A model generated the notes under the pieces. It ran no database searches and was not told the origin of the DNA. It saw nothing but the letters and a program-made list of their open reading frames with translations. A stretch of DNA of 64,000 nt, taken from the NCBI GenBank assembly GCA_958009085.1, contig OY253680.1, forward strand, positions 434,001 through 498,000, given 5' to 3'. Shown here one piece after another: positions 1-13,218 of the stretch (positions within the stretch are counted from its first letter, which is position 1; each line of letters starts with the position of its first letter). This DNA comes from Protoeuglena noctilucae (taxonomy: Eukaryota). Both the position numbers and the translations under genes were made by a program.

Positions 1-344
1 GGAGAAGCTGGTCGCGCACAGCAGCGACCGGCCTGCCCTCGCGCCTGGCCAGCCCCTCCGCGACCCCGCGATACAGCCGATCGGCGCCCCCGTCTGCAAC
101 GACCCTGCCGACGCCACGGGCAGAAGTCTTTCGGCGTTCTCCGACAGCACATGCAAATCCGCACGCCACGCCTGTGGGGATTACTGTGTCACCTGTACTG
201 GGAGTTGCGCCACGCCCGCAAAAAGCACGCGGGCTGCTTCCAGTTGAGCACCACGACGGTCGTCGGCTGATCTGCGTGGTAACAACCCGAGGGTGCGGAA
301 AGGACGTCGGCCACGGTCGACGCCGCGAACAGCAACAGTTCCAT
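1..344 (-). CDS. TPK1: Thiamine pyrophosphokinase, 5' part (runs off window start)
   Basis: Exon 1 reads ...TTVVVLNWKQPACFLRAWRNSQYR, followed by a GT-AG intron and then VVADGGADRLYRG. This matches the TPK N-terminal 'VVLN...W...ADGGANRLY' signature. The ATG at 344 is tentative. Confidence 0.8.
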
Positions 345-913
345 GGACAGCCCTCTAGCGCGCCGCCCCGGGAGCTCTCCACACCCGATGACGCGGCCTC
401 TGACCACACGGATCGACTGTCTACCACTCGCGATCCCATCCTTAATGAATTAAGGGCCCGCGGGCCCGGAACCCCGGCGTGGACGAACTTCAGCAGCAGC
501 CCGCCCACGAGGCGCATGAGCGCCGGCGCGGCACGCGCAGCAACGGGACGAGTAGGGACCTTGAGAGGCGCTCAATTAGTCCCGACGAGTCCAAACCGAG
601 GGTTTTGGACGGGAACGGCTGACAAGTGGAACTGACGACAGGAACTGCTGCTGCCAGTGCTGGCGGTCGTCATCCCTCCAGAACAAACCCTCTTTGTTTG
701 CACCGAATCGCGACGCACACGCTCCGCGCAGGCTTTCGCAGGCCCGAGGGCCCTGTCGGTGCGGGCGTCTTGGCGCATTTGAAACGACAGCTGTGCGCTG
801 CCGCTGCGATTGAGCGCTGAGAGCGCGCCCGTCTGCGTGGCCTGAACCACAGGAAGTGTCCGGTAAATTCGGTGCCCTTACCGTTCGGAGGCCGCGGCCA
901 AAGCGGGAAGGAC

Positions 914-3900
914 ATGGCCGTCTCTAGCCTCGTCCTGGCCCGTCTGCGGGACGACGCTCCGGCGCTCCGGGGCATCCCTTCACTCGACGTGAGGAGCGAC
1001 ATTTCCTTCAGCTGCTCCTCGGCAGCGCTAGAAGCCTTTCAGCGCCCGTCCGCTGCGCGCAACCCGCCCCTTCCTGCGCTTCCAGGACGGCGCCGCTGAG
1101 ACCACGCACGCGCGTTGGGACCCGTCCAGTCCATCATGCTCGTACATGGCTGACAGGCAGGGTGTCATCCGCGTCGTGGAGATGGGCGCCATGCAGTCGA
1201 CGCGCGTCCAAGCGGCCTTCCGCCTTGAGCATGCAGCGGAAGGTCCCGAGGCAAGTCCTGTCACACGCCTGGGATGCCTGGGTCAGGCACGACTGGGCTC
1301 AGCCTCGAGGTAGCCACTTACTAGCCCCCCCCGTCATTCCCTCGTGCAGGACAAAGTCCGTGCCGTCGGCCGAGCCTTCTCGTGCCTGGAAGCCATCCCG
1401 CTTCGCGCGGGAGCCCTTCTCGCCAGCCAGGCAGGGTCGAGCAACGTCCTCTTCCTGCGCCTGGCCCCCTACGCTTCCTCGCCCGAGCCCGTCTTCCGCT
1501 TCGGCTCCCACGCGGCGCCGGTCGCCTCGCTCGCCGTGAGCCGCAACGGCGCCCTGGCTGCCTGCGGGTCCGAGGCTGGCGCCCTCCGGGTCTGGCGCAC
1601 GTTCGACGGCGCGCTGGCGTCCGAGCACCCCCTGGCGCACCGCGGCGGCACCACCGCCGTCGGGTTTGCGGGCGTCGGGACGGTCGTCTCTGGGGGGCGC
1701 GACGGACGGCTCGCAGTGTGGGACCTCGCCCGCGGGCAGCTCGTTGCCATCCAATGGCTGGCGCTGGGCCCCTGCACCGTCACCGCCGTCGCTGGGTGGG
1801 CTCCGCACGGGTGAGGCCGGACGCGTGCATGACCTCCCATCCCCTGAGGTCCAAAGGCCCCGCACTGTCCTCGCCCTGTACTCCTGCCAAGCTTTCCGTG
1901 GCCTTGAAACGCGTTGCCAACCTGCTTTGCAGTGTTCCAGCGTCCCCGGAAGCCTGGCGGCTGTCGGAGCTGTCGCGGTGGGAGGCCCCCGAGACGCACC
2001 GATGCCTGGTGGCTGCGGGAAGCGACAGCGGCGAGGTGCACGTGGCGGCGATGGAGGCGGGAGAGGATGCCAAGCTCGTGCATGCAGGGACCTTCGTCGT
2101 CGCAGAGGTGCGCGTGCCCGCGGTGCTCGCCCTGTGGGCTGTTCGTCCAGCCTAGCTCCCAACCTGCTAATTCGGCATTCTCGCAGGGTGCGGCGGTCTC
2201 ATTCGCATCCTTCGATCGCACCGGCGCACGCCTCGTGTGCGGGGGGCCTGGCCTGGGCTCCCGCCGCGACGTGCGGGGCTCGGCGATGGTGGTGCGGACC
2301 GCGCCGGGGTCCGCTCCCGTGGCTGCCGGCTGCCTGCGTGTTGGGGGCTTCCTGGTCGGCCTGGAAGCCGCAGCTGCGCACGAGGGGGCGCGGGACGAGG
2401 TGGTCATGGTCGCTTCCCTCCGGTGCGCAGTGCCGATGCGCGGCTGGCATGTGGCGCACGTACGCAGCGGCCCAAGCAAGCTTATTGACTCTGTGTCCTC
2501 TATCCACAGGGACGGCCCGATGCTCCGTTCCCTCCCGGACATTGAGGGGAGCACGTTCCACGCGGAGGTGTCGACCCTGAACGCCCCTGTCCAAGCGTGC
2601 CTGGACCCCTCGCACCCTGCACATGAGGACTTGCACGGGGCACGCATTTGGGCAGATGTCAGCGACGAGCTCTGCGCCATGGGCTTGCCCCCGCTGCCGG
2701 AGCGCACGGCGGGGCACCCAACGGGGCGTGTGACGGTGCTGGGTGCAGCGGAGCAGCAGCCGGGGGCGAACGAAGCTTCCGTCGAGCCGGACGACACGAG
2801 CGAGGCCAGGGCGGAGGGGGCTCCCGAGCCGCGCCGGGGAGTGCGTGTGCCGGCCCCCGTGGCGCGGACGCCCGGGACCGCTTCACCTGGCAGGGGCGGA
2901 CTGGCGAGCGGGCCGGGAGAGTCGGCGAGAGACGCATCGCCGACACCGCATGCGCCACCAAGGTCCCCGGCCACGGACACAGCTGGGCCCTCAGTGCACC
3001 GCGACGTCATCGTCATGCCCGACCGCCCGCAGCAGGCGGGGCCTGTGCCAGCCAGGCGGAGTCCCAAAGCCGTGGGGGCGCACGGGGCTGCGGACCAGCT
3101 GGGGGCTAAGACCCTGCGGTTTGCTGCAGGTGCAGTTGCCGAGGTGGATGGTGCTGCAGGGGCGGCTCCTGAGGGGGATGCGTGGGCGGGGCGCACGCGC
3201 CCGTCTCGCCAGACGCTGCAGTCACGGGTGCGGGGGGTGGACGAGGCGCGGGTGCAGGTGGGGCTGGGAGAGAGTGGGGGGAAGGCTGATGCCCTGTGAA
3301 ACTGCATGCTTGGTTTGTGACTGCCACCCCTGTACCCTTTCCTCCCAGGCCGCCGTCGCGCGGGCACACGCGGGCCAGCTCGCTGCCGCGTCTCCCCTGG
3401 GCCGCCCGACGGTGGTGTCGACGGTGGGGCTCCACGCGCGCCTGGCCGCCGCAGCCGCGGCCGAGTTCGATCCGTCCCTGTACTTGGACGGCCCGCCACA
3501 GCTGGGGGCCCTGGCGCGGCAGGCGGCAGCCCAAGAGGTGACGACCTTTCCTCTTCCCGTTGCGCGACCGGCACGTGGGGCAGGGGATACAGACGCGGCC
3601 ACGCTGCGGAGGGCGGCACCTGTGGCTGAGAGCGACGGGGATGGAGGCGCCGGGGGCGCGCCGCCGGCCTCTGCAAAAGACGCGGGCGGGGCGGCACCCC
3701 GGGGAGACGTGGCCATGTACCGGGATTTGCCAAGGATCACGGACGAGGGGGCCCCCGTGGAGGTCGCCAAGGTGAGAGTCCAACCGACAGCGCAGCGCAC
3801 CGGACGCTCGGCTTTCGCACTCTCTCGCGAGCCTCTTTTACGCCCTTTGCAGGGGCGGGCACGCCGGGACGAGGCACTGGCTCGGCTGCGGCGCCAGCGC

Positions 3901-4628
3901 AACGGGGCCGCAGCCGCACGAGGGGGGGAACGCGTGGACGTGAACCCCTGGAACGGGGCACCCGTCGGCTCCGAGCCTGGGGCTCCTGCTGGTCCCGACC
4001 CGGCCCTGTACCGGGAGTTGGCGCCCGTGGACGACGGAGCCTCACCCGAGGCGGCACTCAAGGCGGACAAGGAGGTCGACCCTGGTGAGCATGCAGGCTC
4101 TTCGACCCTAAGAGGCTCAGGTCCTTAGTAGTGCGAAGCATGGGTCGTCGAGGCCGAGCGGTGATGATGAGGCCAGGCATGACCGTAGCATGACCCTCGG
4201 GAGGGAGCCCGACAGGGTCGATGCAGAGGTGGGCATGACCCCTGCCGACGTCGCCATGGAACTGTCCCGTCCCGCCTGCAGTGTGGGCGTTCTTGGCAGA
4301 GGCCCTGCGGCCCATCTACGGAGTGGAGCCGCCTGTGCTTCCTACTGGTCCCGGTGCGTCCACGCTCCCGCCGGGCATTGCGGGCGCCTGGAACCCGCCG
4401 ATCCTTCCCGGAGCTGCTGCCCCGCGGACACTGCCGCTTGGGGGAGATGCACCGTCGAAGCGGGCGGCAGAGGGGGAGTTGCCGCCCAGCCGCAAGCTGT
4501 GGCTACCGACGGAGGACGAGGTCGCGTCGTTTGGGTCGGAAGACATCTGGCGAGCCATCGATGGCGCCACGCAGCTGCTCGGGACCTTGGGCGTGAGCGT
4601 GGGCTTCCGGCGCGTGGCCACGGTTTGA
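914..4628 (+). CDS. WD40-repeat protein with long low-complexity C-terminal region (about 8 exons)
   Basis: WD repeats HAAPVASLAVSRNGALAACGSEAGALRVW and HRGGTTAVGFAGVGTVVSGGRDGRLAVWD. Exons join in frame through GT-AG introns and one GC-AG intron (1251-1349). The 3' exon chain is less certain. Confidence 0.65.
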
Positions 4629-4903
4629 AACGCTCCCGGCCTCACTTTCTGACTGCGGACATGCCATTGCATGCAAGCCTCCTGTTGACTCCGATGGCGA
4701 CCAACAACGCGTCTTATTGGTCTGAAACGGAGGCCGATGGTGCCGACGTGCGCTGCTAACACGATGCGGAGTGTGAGCACACGAACCCTTGGGCAGCCTG
4801 CGGGGCGGCGCGACGTCAGCGCGAGCGCGTCCACTTCGGGCGAGTGTGAAATGCGCGCTCCAGCTTACCTCTCGTCTCGGTGCAGCGGACACGGCGTGAC
4901 TGC

Positions 4904-6201
4904 ATGACAGGGGCCGATCGCGTCGCAGGGCGGACTTGTGTGGTGACGGGCGGAAACGCGGGTATTGGGTTCGAGACCGCGCGCGCCCTCCTCTCCCGAG
5001 GCGACCGCGTCGTTCTTGCCTGCCGCGATATGGTCAAGGCGGAACGCGCCTGCTCGAGCCTGCGTGAGGCCGTGCCAGGGGCGGCGGTGTCTGCATCCGA
5101 GCTCGATCTTGCCGACCTGGCATCCGTGCGCTCCTTTGCGCGGCGTTTCCTCGACAGCGGGGAGCCGTTGGACGTGCTCGTCAACAACGGTGATTGCTGT
5201 GCCTCCATCGCGGACTGCTGCGCCGCCATCGCGGACTGCTGCGCCTTGTCTCCCCTCCGCGACGCCCTGGGCTCTGACGCTCGTCGCAGCCGGCATCATG
5301 GCGTGCCCCCTAATGCGGACTAAGGATGGCTTCGAGATGCAGCTGGGAGTGAACCACCTGGGCCACTTTGCCCTGACCCTGGAGCTGCTGCCCCGTCTCA
5401 GCGACCCGTCCCGCTCTTCACGTGTCGTCACCGTCTCCTCTGCCGCACACCTGGCAGGCAGGCGAGGCTGTGCGCTCCGTGGAGGAGGGTGGGGATGGGG
5501 GGAAGGGGAGAAGAGCACGTGTCTCTGGGACTCTGCAAGAGAGTAAACACCGCCCCCCCTTTGTCGGCCTTGCAGCATGAACTTCAACGACCTCAACTCG
5601 CAGCGTGGCTACCAGCGCTGGGTCGCGTACAGCCAGTCGAAGCTCGCCAACGTCCTGATGACCTACGAGCTGGCGCGCCGCACGCCAAACACGGCGCGCT
5701 TGACGGCCAACACGTTGCACCCGGGGGTGGTGGCCACGGACCTGGCACGGGTGGGGATGCGGCGTGCGAAATGCCTCTGCCGCAAGCAGTCGGCGCTATT
5801 GCCATCTCGCTCTGCCGGTTCTGTCCGCAGTTCTTGCTCCCCAGCGAGAGCGAGATGCCGTGGGCTGCCAAGGCGGCGGCCGGCCTCATGCGGAACTTCC
5901 TCAAGACGCCCGAGCAGGGCGCGCAGACGAGCATCTGCCTGAGTGATGGCCGCTGGTTACTGACGCCTCCCAAGCGCTGTGCCATGACTCAAGGCGCTTG
6001 GCCCGTGCGACATCCCTAGGCCCCTTCCCCACCGCAGCATCGTCCCCGGACGTCGAGGGCCTGACCTCCCGGTACTTCTCGGACTGCAAGCCCGTGCCGT
6101 CGTCGCCGGTATCTTACGACCCCGACGTCGCGCGCCGACTGTGGGAGATGTCGATGGAGTTGACGGAGAGCCCAGCACCCGTTTCCTCTGCTGCTGCGTG
6201 A
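4904..6201 (+). CDS. Short-chain dehydrogenase/reductase (retinol dehydrogenase RDH11-14 / Tic32-like)
   Basis: Motifs [40 protein letters not shown] (YxxxK), HPGVVATDL and KTPEQGAQT. Four introns, including GC-AG 5462-5575. Confidence 0.9.
5195..5245. repeat. 21-bp tandem repeat (about 2.4 copies) in SDR intron 1
   Basis: tgctgtgcctccatcgcggac / tgctgcgccgccatcgcggac / tgctgcgcc. Confidence 0.85.
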
Positions 6202-6280
6202 GACCTACGTTACCCCTTCAAGCGACTCGTGAAAACGGCTAGAAACCACGCGCGTGCCTAGGCGCAGAGTTGGACCCTGC

Positions 6281-7194
6281 TCAGTTCAGGGCCAGCTCCT
6301 CCTCGTTCTTCCGCGACCCCGACTTGAGCGCGGCGTAGAACCCGTGCGTCTCGTCGATCACCTTCAGGGCGTAGGCGCGGTTCATGCACTTGTTGTCGAA
6401 CCCGTACTTGTTCGCGGGCTTCCCGTCGGGGATCTTGTAGTCCCGGAACCACTCCATGACCTTCGTCAGCTCCCCCGGCATCTCGCGCTCCACGTCCTCC
6501 ACGTCGCTCACCTTGGCCGCCAGGGGATCATCGGCGCGGATGGCCACCACCTTCCAGTCCAGCTCCCCGTCGTCGATCATGGCGTACACCCCCAGAGGCT
6601 TCACCTGCTCGACAGGGCACAGGTGCCGATCAGGCTCGCCAGTGCACCGCACGCCTCTGGGCAGGGCCACGCTGCGCCGCTGACGGGCAGCAGGGCCCGT
6701 GCCCACTTCCTCGCCTTGTAGATGCCGCCCGAAGCCAGGGCCTGCGAGCCGATCTCCACGACATCAACCGGGTCGTTGTCGCCCTTGACGCCGCCCAGCT
6801 CCGCGTTGGCGTGCTGGGGATCCTCCCACGTCTGCGGGATCATGCCGTAGTTCCAGTGGATGTTGTAGGGGTAGTCGCGCAGCTTGCCCTTCTTGGTGTC
6901 CTGCTTGATCGGGTTGCTCGGCTCGTCCGTGGCGCACTCCATCTTGGCCTTGGTCTCCTTGGGGATCTCGCAGAAGAAGTTGTAGGTCCCGTCCGCGTTC
7001 TTGTAAGGCACGTCGTGCCATGGCGAAATGACCTTGCCATCCTGCTCAACAAACACACTGCGACGGGGCACGGCGGGGCGGTGCGACCAGGGGCCCGCAG
7101 GCGGATCGCCGCGCGCCTGCGCCCCTCCCACGGCGGCTCACCGGTACTCAAACGTGCCAGCTGGCCCCTTCACCACGGGCTTGTACGCGAACAT
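6281..7194 (-). CDS. PPA: Soluble inorganic pyrophosphatase, family I (plastid PPA6 / algal sPPase type)
   Basis: Motifs ISPWHDVP, EIPK, NPIKQDTKKGKLR, NYGMIPQTWEDP, GDNDPVDVVEIG, IDDGELDWKV and WFRDYKIPDGK. One GT-AG intron and one GC-AG intron (6605-6714). The N-terminus or transit peptide may extend upstream. Confidence 0.93.
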
Positions 7195-8080
7195 GCGCAG
7201 GTAGGCGCCCCGGCACGCCTGCAGCGCAGAGCAGGGCAGGAGCCTCCTGTGATCACGCGCGCATTGCGGCGACGGCCACGGCCGTCCGCCATGCTCGAGG
7301 GAGCTGGGGCGCCCGCGCCTCGATCCCATCTCGGGCGCTTGCGGCCACAATTGTGCGGCTAGGGGTGGGAACCGGCGACTCGCCCACAGCCGGCCGGACA
7401 GGCAGCGATTTCCACCAGCTACTCCATAGGAAACGCTTGAGTGAATGCGACATCCGATCGTGCCCGGGAGGCCCAGGCGAGGGAGGCCCGGCCCAGCTCC
7501 GCCCCGGCCTTACTCGAGGGCTGGCGCCGCGGGCGGGCGCGCGCCCGGGGCGGAAGCCCCACGCTCGAGCAGTGCACTCGCGGTTCCTTCATGCAGACCG
7601 GCCTGCCGATGCGCACACACCTTGGCGGGCCGGGGGGCCCCCGCGAGGACGACGCGGGCGGTGGGGGCGCTGATGGCGAACATGGTGGCTCGTGTGAATC
7701 GATGTTCTCGCAAAGGACGTGCGCCGCTGGGCGGAGAGATTTGTACCCAGACGGGTTACCCCAGGTTTTTACCTCTGCTTGGTATCTGTGCATGGCGAGC
7801 CCGTGCACACCGGGACTTTCGCGTATTTGGTGTGGCCTCCCTAGCCTGGGGTTGAGGAGTTGCCTTTGGAAGGGAGGAAATCTGCCTCCGTTCCGTCGTT
7901 TCTCTCCATCCTCGACTCCTTGTGGGCGCGAGGAACAGAGGGAGTTGGGCCTTTCTCGAAGCTGGGCGTCCATCGGCTGAGGACCTTTCTGGGGCTGGCG
8001 TTGGGCCACGGCACGGGTGTTGGGACCACGTGCCCGGGAGTCGCGGTCTGTGCCGCGCGGAGGAGCACGGGCGCCGGGAT

Positions 8081-11000
8081 ATGTCGCCTCAAGCCCTGTC
8101 ACGGGAGCTGGATGAGGCCTACCAGAACGGGGACGGCGAGAGCCGGCAGCTCCTCGCCGAGCCAGGTGGGTACTGCAACTCCCCTGTCCCCTCGCTTCCC
8201 TGGGCGATGGCAGCGCTTCTGACGAATCCCGCCCTTGTTGTCTTGCGCTGAAGCTGCCCGATGGCTGGCCCGTCTTCGGATGCGGCGCCGGCCCAGGCCC
8301 TGGCACGCGTCACGGCGGTGGGCTCCCCCTCGCCGCCTCGCTGCGCCGCGTCGCTGTGGCTCTGTCGCCCTCCCGCGGACAGTTTTGATTGTCATGCTAA
8401 GCGGGATACGTCGATTGCGCCCACAGTTGCGTCGATCGGGCGCGCCCTTTGCTTGGTGCAGCCCGGGCGACCGGTTATCCCTGTCGGGCCGCGACGGCGC
8501 CCTTGCGCGCCCCAGCCGTGTCCGGCAGGCATGATGTGTTGTTGAAAAGTTTGCAGGACGCGACGCTCGGCCGACCCGCTCCCTCGCGCAGATGTGAGCC
8601 AGGACATCCAGGCCATCACAGCGGGGCTGCGGGGGGCCGCCGTGCCGGACGCGGAGGCCAACGGGGGCCCACCGAAGAACTCCATGGCGGACGTGTGGCC
8701 GAAACAGATGGCGTCGTTGGAAAGGTGCGCCGCGTGGCGCGCGTGGCCCGAGCGTCCCGGAGCGGTTCGTGCTGCCGCCCACGCCTCTCCTCTCGCCCGT
8801 CCCCGCAGCCTGAACTTTGAGGCCAACGAGAACGCCGTCTTTCGCGGGGACTTGACGCGCCAGAAGAACCGCGACAGCGTCATCTTCTTCATCGTCCACT
8901 GGTCGCTGTTAACGCTGCTGGGGATGAACGTGGCCCTGCTGGCCTACTTCGTGGCCCTCTCCGTGGAGAACATCGCGCTCGGCAAGTTCCGGATCGTCGA
9001 CGCCATCCACGAGACCTCCTCCTTCCTCGCCTACGTCGTCTACTGCCTCATCAACTGCGTCATCGTCCTCGGCGCGGCCCTCCTGTGCGTCTACCTGGCC
9101 CCCGCGGGCGCCGGCTCCGGCATCGCCGAGGTTAAGGCTCACCTCAACGGGGTCGACGTCCCAGGGGTCTTCCTCTTCCGCACCCTCGTGGCCAAGTGCC
9201 TGGGCATGATCTGCTCCACCTCCGCCGGCCTCGCCCTGGGCAAGGAGGGGCCCTTCATCCACATGGGCGCCATCGTCGCCTCCCTCCTCGGCAACGCCGG
9301 CAGCAACGCCGCTGAGGTCTGGCGCGGGGCCATGAAGACCTTCTCCGACCGCGGCGGCACGGTCGGCCGGTGGGCGACGTGGGTCTGGCACCTCCCCGGC
9401 GTCGAGCCCCTCATGCGCGCCCTCCAGCGATTCAAGATGGACGTCATCCAGCGCGACCTCATCGCGGCCGGCTCCGCGTCGGGCGTCGCTGCCGCCTTCC
9501 GCTCCCCCGTGGGTGGCACCCTCTTCGCCCTCGAGGAGGTCACCTCCTTCTGGTGAGCGCGGGGGCACCGCTGCACTGCCATGACCGCGGCCGCTACCTA
9601 GAGCCGGCTGGCGTCACCCAGCAGCTCTCCCACGCTCGCCACGCGCCCCATCGCCGCAGGAACAACCCCGTCCTGTGGCGTGCCTTCTACACCAACGCCA
9701 TCGTCATGCTCACGCTGCGCGGGCTGCTGAACTTCTGCTCCAACAACCGCTGCGGCTTCTTCTCCGTCGGCGGCTTCATCATCTTCGAGATCCGCGAGGG
9801 CCAGACGGACTTCTCCCTCAAGGAGCTCTTCCCGCTCTTCCTCCTCGGCGTTACGGGCGGCATCATGGGTTCCCTCTTCACCGTCGCCAACATGGCCATC
9901 AGCCGGTGGCGACGCGACGTGCTCCCCAAGTACGGCAAGCGGGGGAAGCTCCTCGAGGCCCTTGCCATCGCGTTCGTCACGTCCACGTGCTCGTTCATGC
10001 TGTGCAAGGCGAGCGACGGCACGGACGCCCGCGCATCCTGCCCCATGCTGTGCCCTTTGGCCTGCGGCCGTGTGTTGCCCCGAGCAGCATGAACGTGATT
10101 GACGTCCGCCTGGTTGCGCCCGCAGGCCTTCTGGTGTACGCCGTGCCCGCCCGGGTCCCAGCACTGCCCCGGGGAGCACAACTACATCTCCTTCCAGTGC
10201 CCCGACGGTCACTACAACGAGATGGCCACGCTCTTCTTCAACACGCACGACAACATCATCCGCAACCTCTTTGCGGCACGCACAGGTGTGTGCCGGCAAG
10301 GCTCTCCCGCGCCCCAGGGAACGTCAGGGACGCGGTGGTCAGTCCCCATTGCGCCCCGCCCTCTCTCCGCAGACCACGAGTTCAGCGTGGCCACCTTGCT
10401 CACCTTCTTCCTCTTCTACTATGTCCTCGCCATCTGGACGGCCGGCAGCGCCATCCCCGCGGGGCTCTTCGTGCCCTCCATTATCCTGGGGGCCGCGTAC
10501 GGCCGCATCATCGGCATTTACATGTCGGACAAGCAGGGGTGAGCGGGCGCGCGCGGAGGCAGTTTTGAGGCGCCGCGGCACGGATGCACGGGCGCGTGTT
10601 CGTGACCGACTGGGTGCTTTCTGTCTCGCAGGACTCGCATCGACGAGGGCACGTACGCCCTGCTGGGCGCCGCTTCCTTCCTGGCGGGCATGATGCGCAT
10701 GACAGTGTCGCTCTGTGTCATTTTGCTCGAGGTCAGCAACAACCTCAACATGCTCACCCTGCTGATGAGCGTCCTCCTCGTCGCCAAGGTGGGCGCACGC
10801 CGGCCATGCTCGCGGCAGCACGGGGGGGTGTTTCTTCTCCGTGGCGACACTCGTAACGTAACGGCCTCCTCCCCACCTGCGCAGGCGGCGGGGGATGCCA
10901 CGGGCGTCAAGGGCATCTACGACGCGCAGATCCAGGTGAAGCGCTTCCCGGTGCTGGAGCAGGAGCCCGAGAAGTTCTACCGCGTGCTGACGGCCTCAGA

Positions 11001-12168
11001 CGTTGCCACGGCGCCCGTGCGGCAGCTCAAGCGCTACGAGCGCGTCGGGGACCTCCTGACGGTCATGGGCGAGTGCTCCCACAACGGCTTCCCCGTCATC
11101 GAGTACAGCGACGAGCCCATCTTCCTCGGCGTCGTTCTGCGCCAGCACATCCTCTTCATCATCAGGGGTGAGGGCGGAAGGGCCTGCTTGCCTGCCGTCG
11201 TGTACCGCGGCCACGAGTGACCTCGCCGACCGCCCCGCGCTCAACTCAATCACCCGCCACTCCCCTGCGCAGATGGGACGTGCTTGCAGACGCAGCCGGG
11301 CCCCGACACGGTGGCCATCGAGCGCATGTCCTCCATCAACTTCATGGACCTGTGCAAGCCGACGTCCACCAAGGGCCTCTCAATGAAGGACATTCAGCTC
11401 AGCACCGAACAGAGCAACATGTGGCTGGACCTGGCGCCCCTCGTCAACCCGTGCCCGTACGTCGTCCAGAGGCGAGGGCTGGCAGCGCAGAGCGGGCGCG
11501 GCAGGGCTCGCGCTGGGGTCCGCGCGTGTGCAGTTCCATGCACCGCCATGCGCATGCACACTTTGCCTCGCGTCCCACGCCCCCGCAGCGACACGTCCCT
11601 GACCAAGGTGTTTGCGCTCTTCCGCACGATGGGCCTGCGCCACCTGTGCGTGGTCCCGCACGTCAACGACATCGTGGGCGTGATCACGCGCAAGGACCTG
11701 ATCGAGTTGGTGGCCGAGCACAAGCTGCGGGAGAAGGTGGAGGGCAAGGCGGGCGCAGCGTCGAACAACCACCAGCACCACAACCACCGGCTGGAGGAGG
11801 GCAGCGCGCACAGCGGCACCGTGCACCGCCGCGCGCGCTCGCTGCTGGGGTCTGGCATCCTGCGCCCGGCGTCCCCGGGGCTGGTGGCGCCCGTGCCATC
11901 CACGCCCGCCCTCCGCATGTCGGCCACGCGGCGCTCCAACCCCCGCGTCATCGCCATGTCCCGCATCAACTCCCAGTCGGCCAACCAGCTCGTCAGCCAG
12001 TCTATCTCCGGGCCCATCGCCGGCCAGCGCATGGGGCCCTCGGCGCACGAGTCGGACGACAGCGGCGCACGCGACGGCCTGCGGGGCGCCCCGAGCATGC
12101 GGACGATGGTGCTGGATGGGAGCCACCGCCTGCAGCGCGGGGAAGACGACCCCCTGGGCCGGCTGTGA
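8081..12168 (+). CDS. CLC: CLC chloride/proton antiporter (CLC-c/d/CLC-7-like) with C-terminal CBS pair
   Basis: Motifs LESLNFE, GSGIAE, GKEGP, LFALEEVTSFW, PAGLFVP, AGMMRMTVS and GIYD. CBS motifs HNGFPV and GLRHLCVV. About 9 introns, two of them GC-AG (10009-10125, 11472-11588). First exon is tentative. Confidence 0.93.
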
Positions 12169-12403
12169 TGTGCGGTGCCATGCCACGCGTGGGCTTGCCC
12201 AGTAAACCTCCTTTCCCTGCGCCTCCGTTTACAGCTACCATAGCGTCTGAAGTAAGCTAACTTAAGCCGAAAGATCCCACTTCGGATGTACACCGCGGTT
12301 CTGGCGCCAGAAACTCGCCAAGCGTTATTCTGCGGCGACGGGCCCCCCATCTCGTCCTTTCTCACCACCAGCGCGCTCCGCTAGTGACGAAGGGGCAGCA
12401 GCC

Positions 12404-13218
12404 ATGGTGAGCTGCGCGTGGCGGGACGAGCCACGGACGACACCGCGGCCGCGCGGGGTCGCCCGGGCGCGGGTCGTGGTCCCCGTTTCGCAATCGTCTC
12501 TCCCGCTGCGCCGCGTGGCGCACCGGCGTCGGCGCCACGGCCCGTCGGGCAGCTCGCCGCCGCGCGCGCTCCGACGCCTCAAGCCCGGCATTTCACCTGC
12601 GCTGCTGTCGTTTCGATTCCAATCGTCGTTTCCGTGTACTCGGGGTCCCCTTTGGACCCCTGCCCTGACCGGAAGCCTTTTTCCTGGACCGCTCGCTCTC
12701 TGCGAGGCCCCAGCAGACGCGCAACGCGTGACGTATGCGCTCTGTAGCTGTCCGCCCTCCAGTCTCACGCCCTCTGGCCCCCCCGGCCCGTCCTGTGTGC
12801 AGGAGCAGCCTCCGAAGCTTGCCATCGTCATGAAGGTCATCGGGCGGACGGGGTCTCGTGGTCAGGCGAGTCTTGCATAGAGGCAGGGGTGTATTTGCCG
12901 CTGGCGTCGGGACGTGGAGCCCAGGGCCCCCGAGGGGCGCCTCAACGGGGCGGCGACGGCAGCAAGCTCAAACAGCGCCCGCCTCGTCGCCCGCAGGTCA
13001 CCCAAGTGCGCGTCAAGTTCCTCAACGACGAGTCCCGCCTCATCATGCGGAATGTCAAGGGCCCGGTGCGCGAGGTGAGAAGAGGGGCGCGTGAGGTGCC
13101 GTCCCGCCAGTCCCGTGGAGGCATGCGCGCGATGACGGCGCATCGCTGCTTTCCGCCGTCGCAGGGGGATATTCTGACGCTCATGGAGTCCGAGCGTGAG
13201 GCCCGTCGCCTGCGCTGA
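12404..13218 (+). CDS. RPS28: 40S ribosomal protein S28 (eS28)
   Basis: Spliced product [65 protein letters not shown]. The first coding exon is the ATG alone, and intron 2 (12866-12996) is GC-AG. Confidence 0.96.

Noticed and set aside
814..858. TPP-riboswitch-like words (GCTGAGA...CCC...CCTGA...AGGAAG) near the thiamine pyrophosphokinase gene
   Set aside because: It lacks the P5 stem-loop and conserved TAAT/GCG elements, and it lies on the opposite strand about 470 bp upstream of the TPK1 start.
1469..3733. Long ORFs in the track such as 754 aa (1469-3733 minus), 492 aa (13730-15208 minus) and 600 aa (35104-36906 minus)
   Set aside because: These are shadow or intron-read-through ORFs caused by high GC. 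They are antisense to real spliced genes or mosaics of them.
4160..4170. Perfect box C (GTGATGA) in the last WD40 intron
   Set aside because: No downstream CTGA or rRNA-complementary guide.
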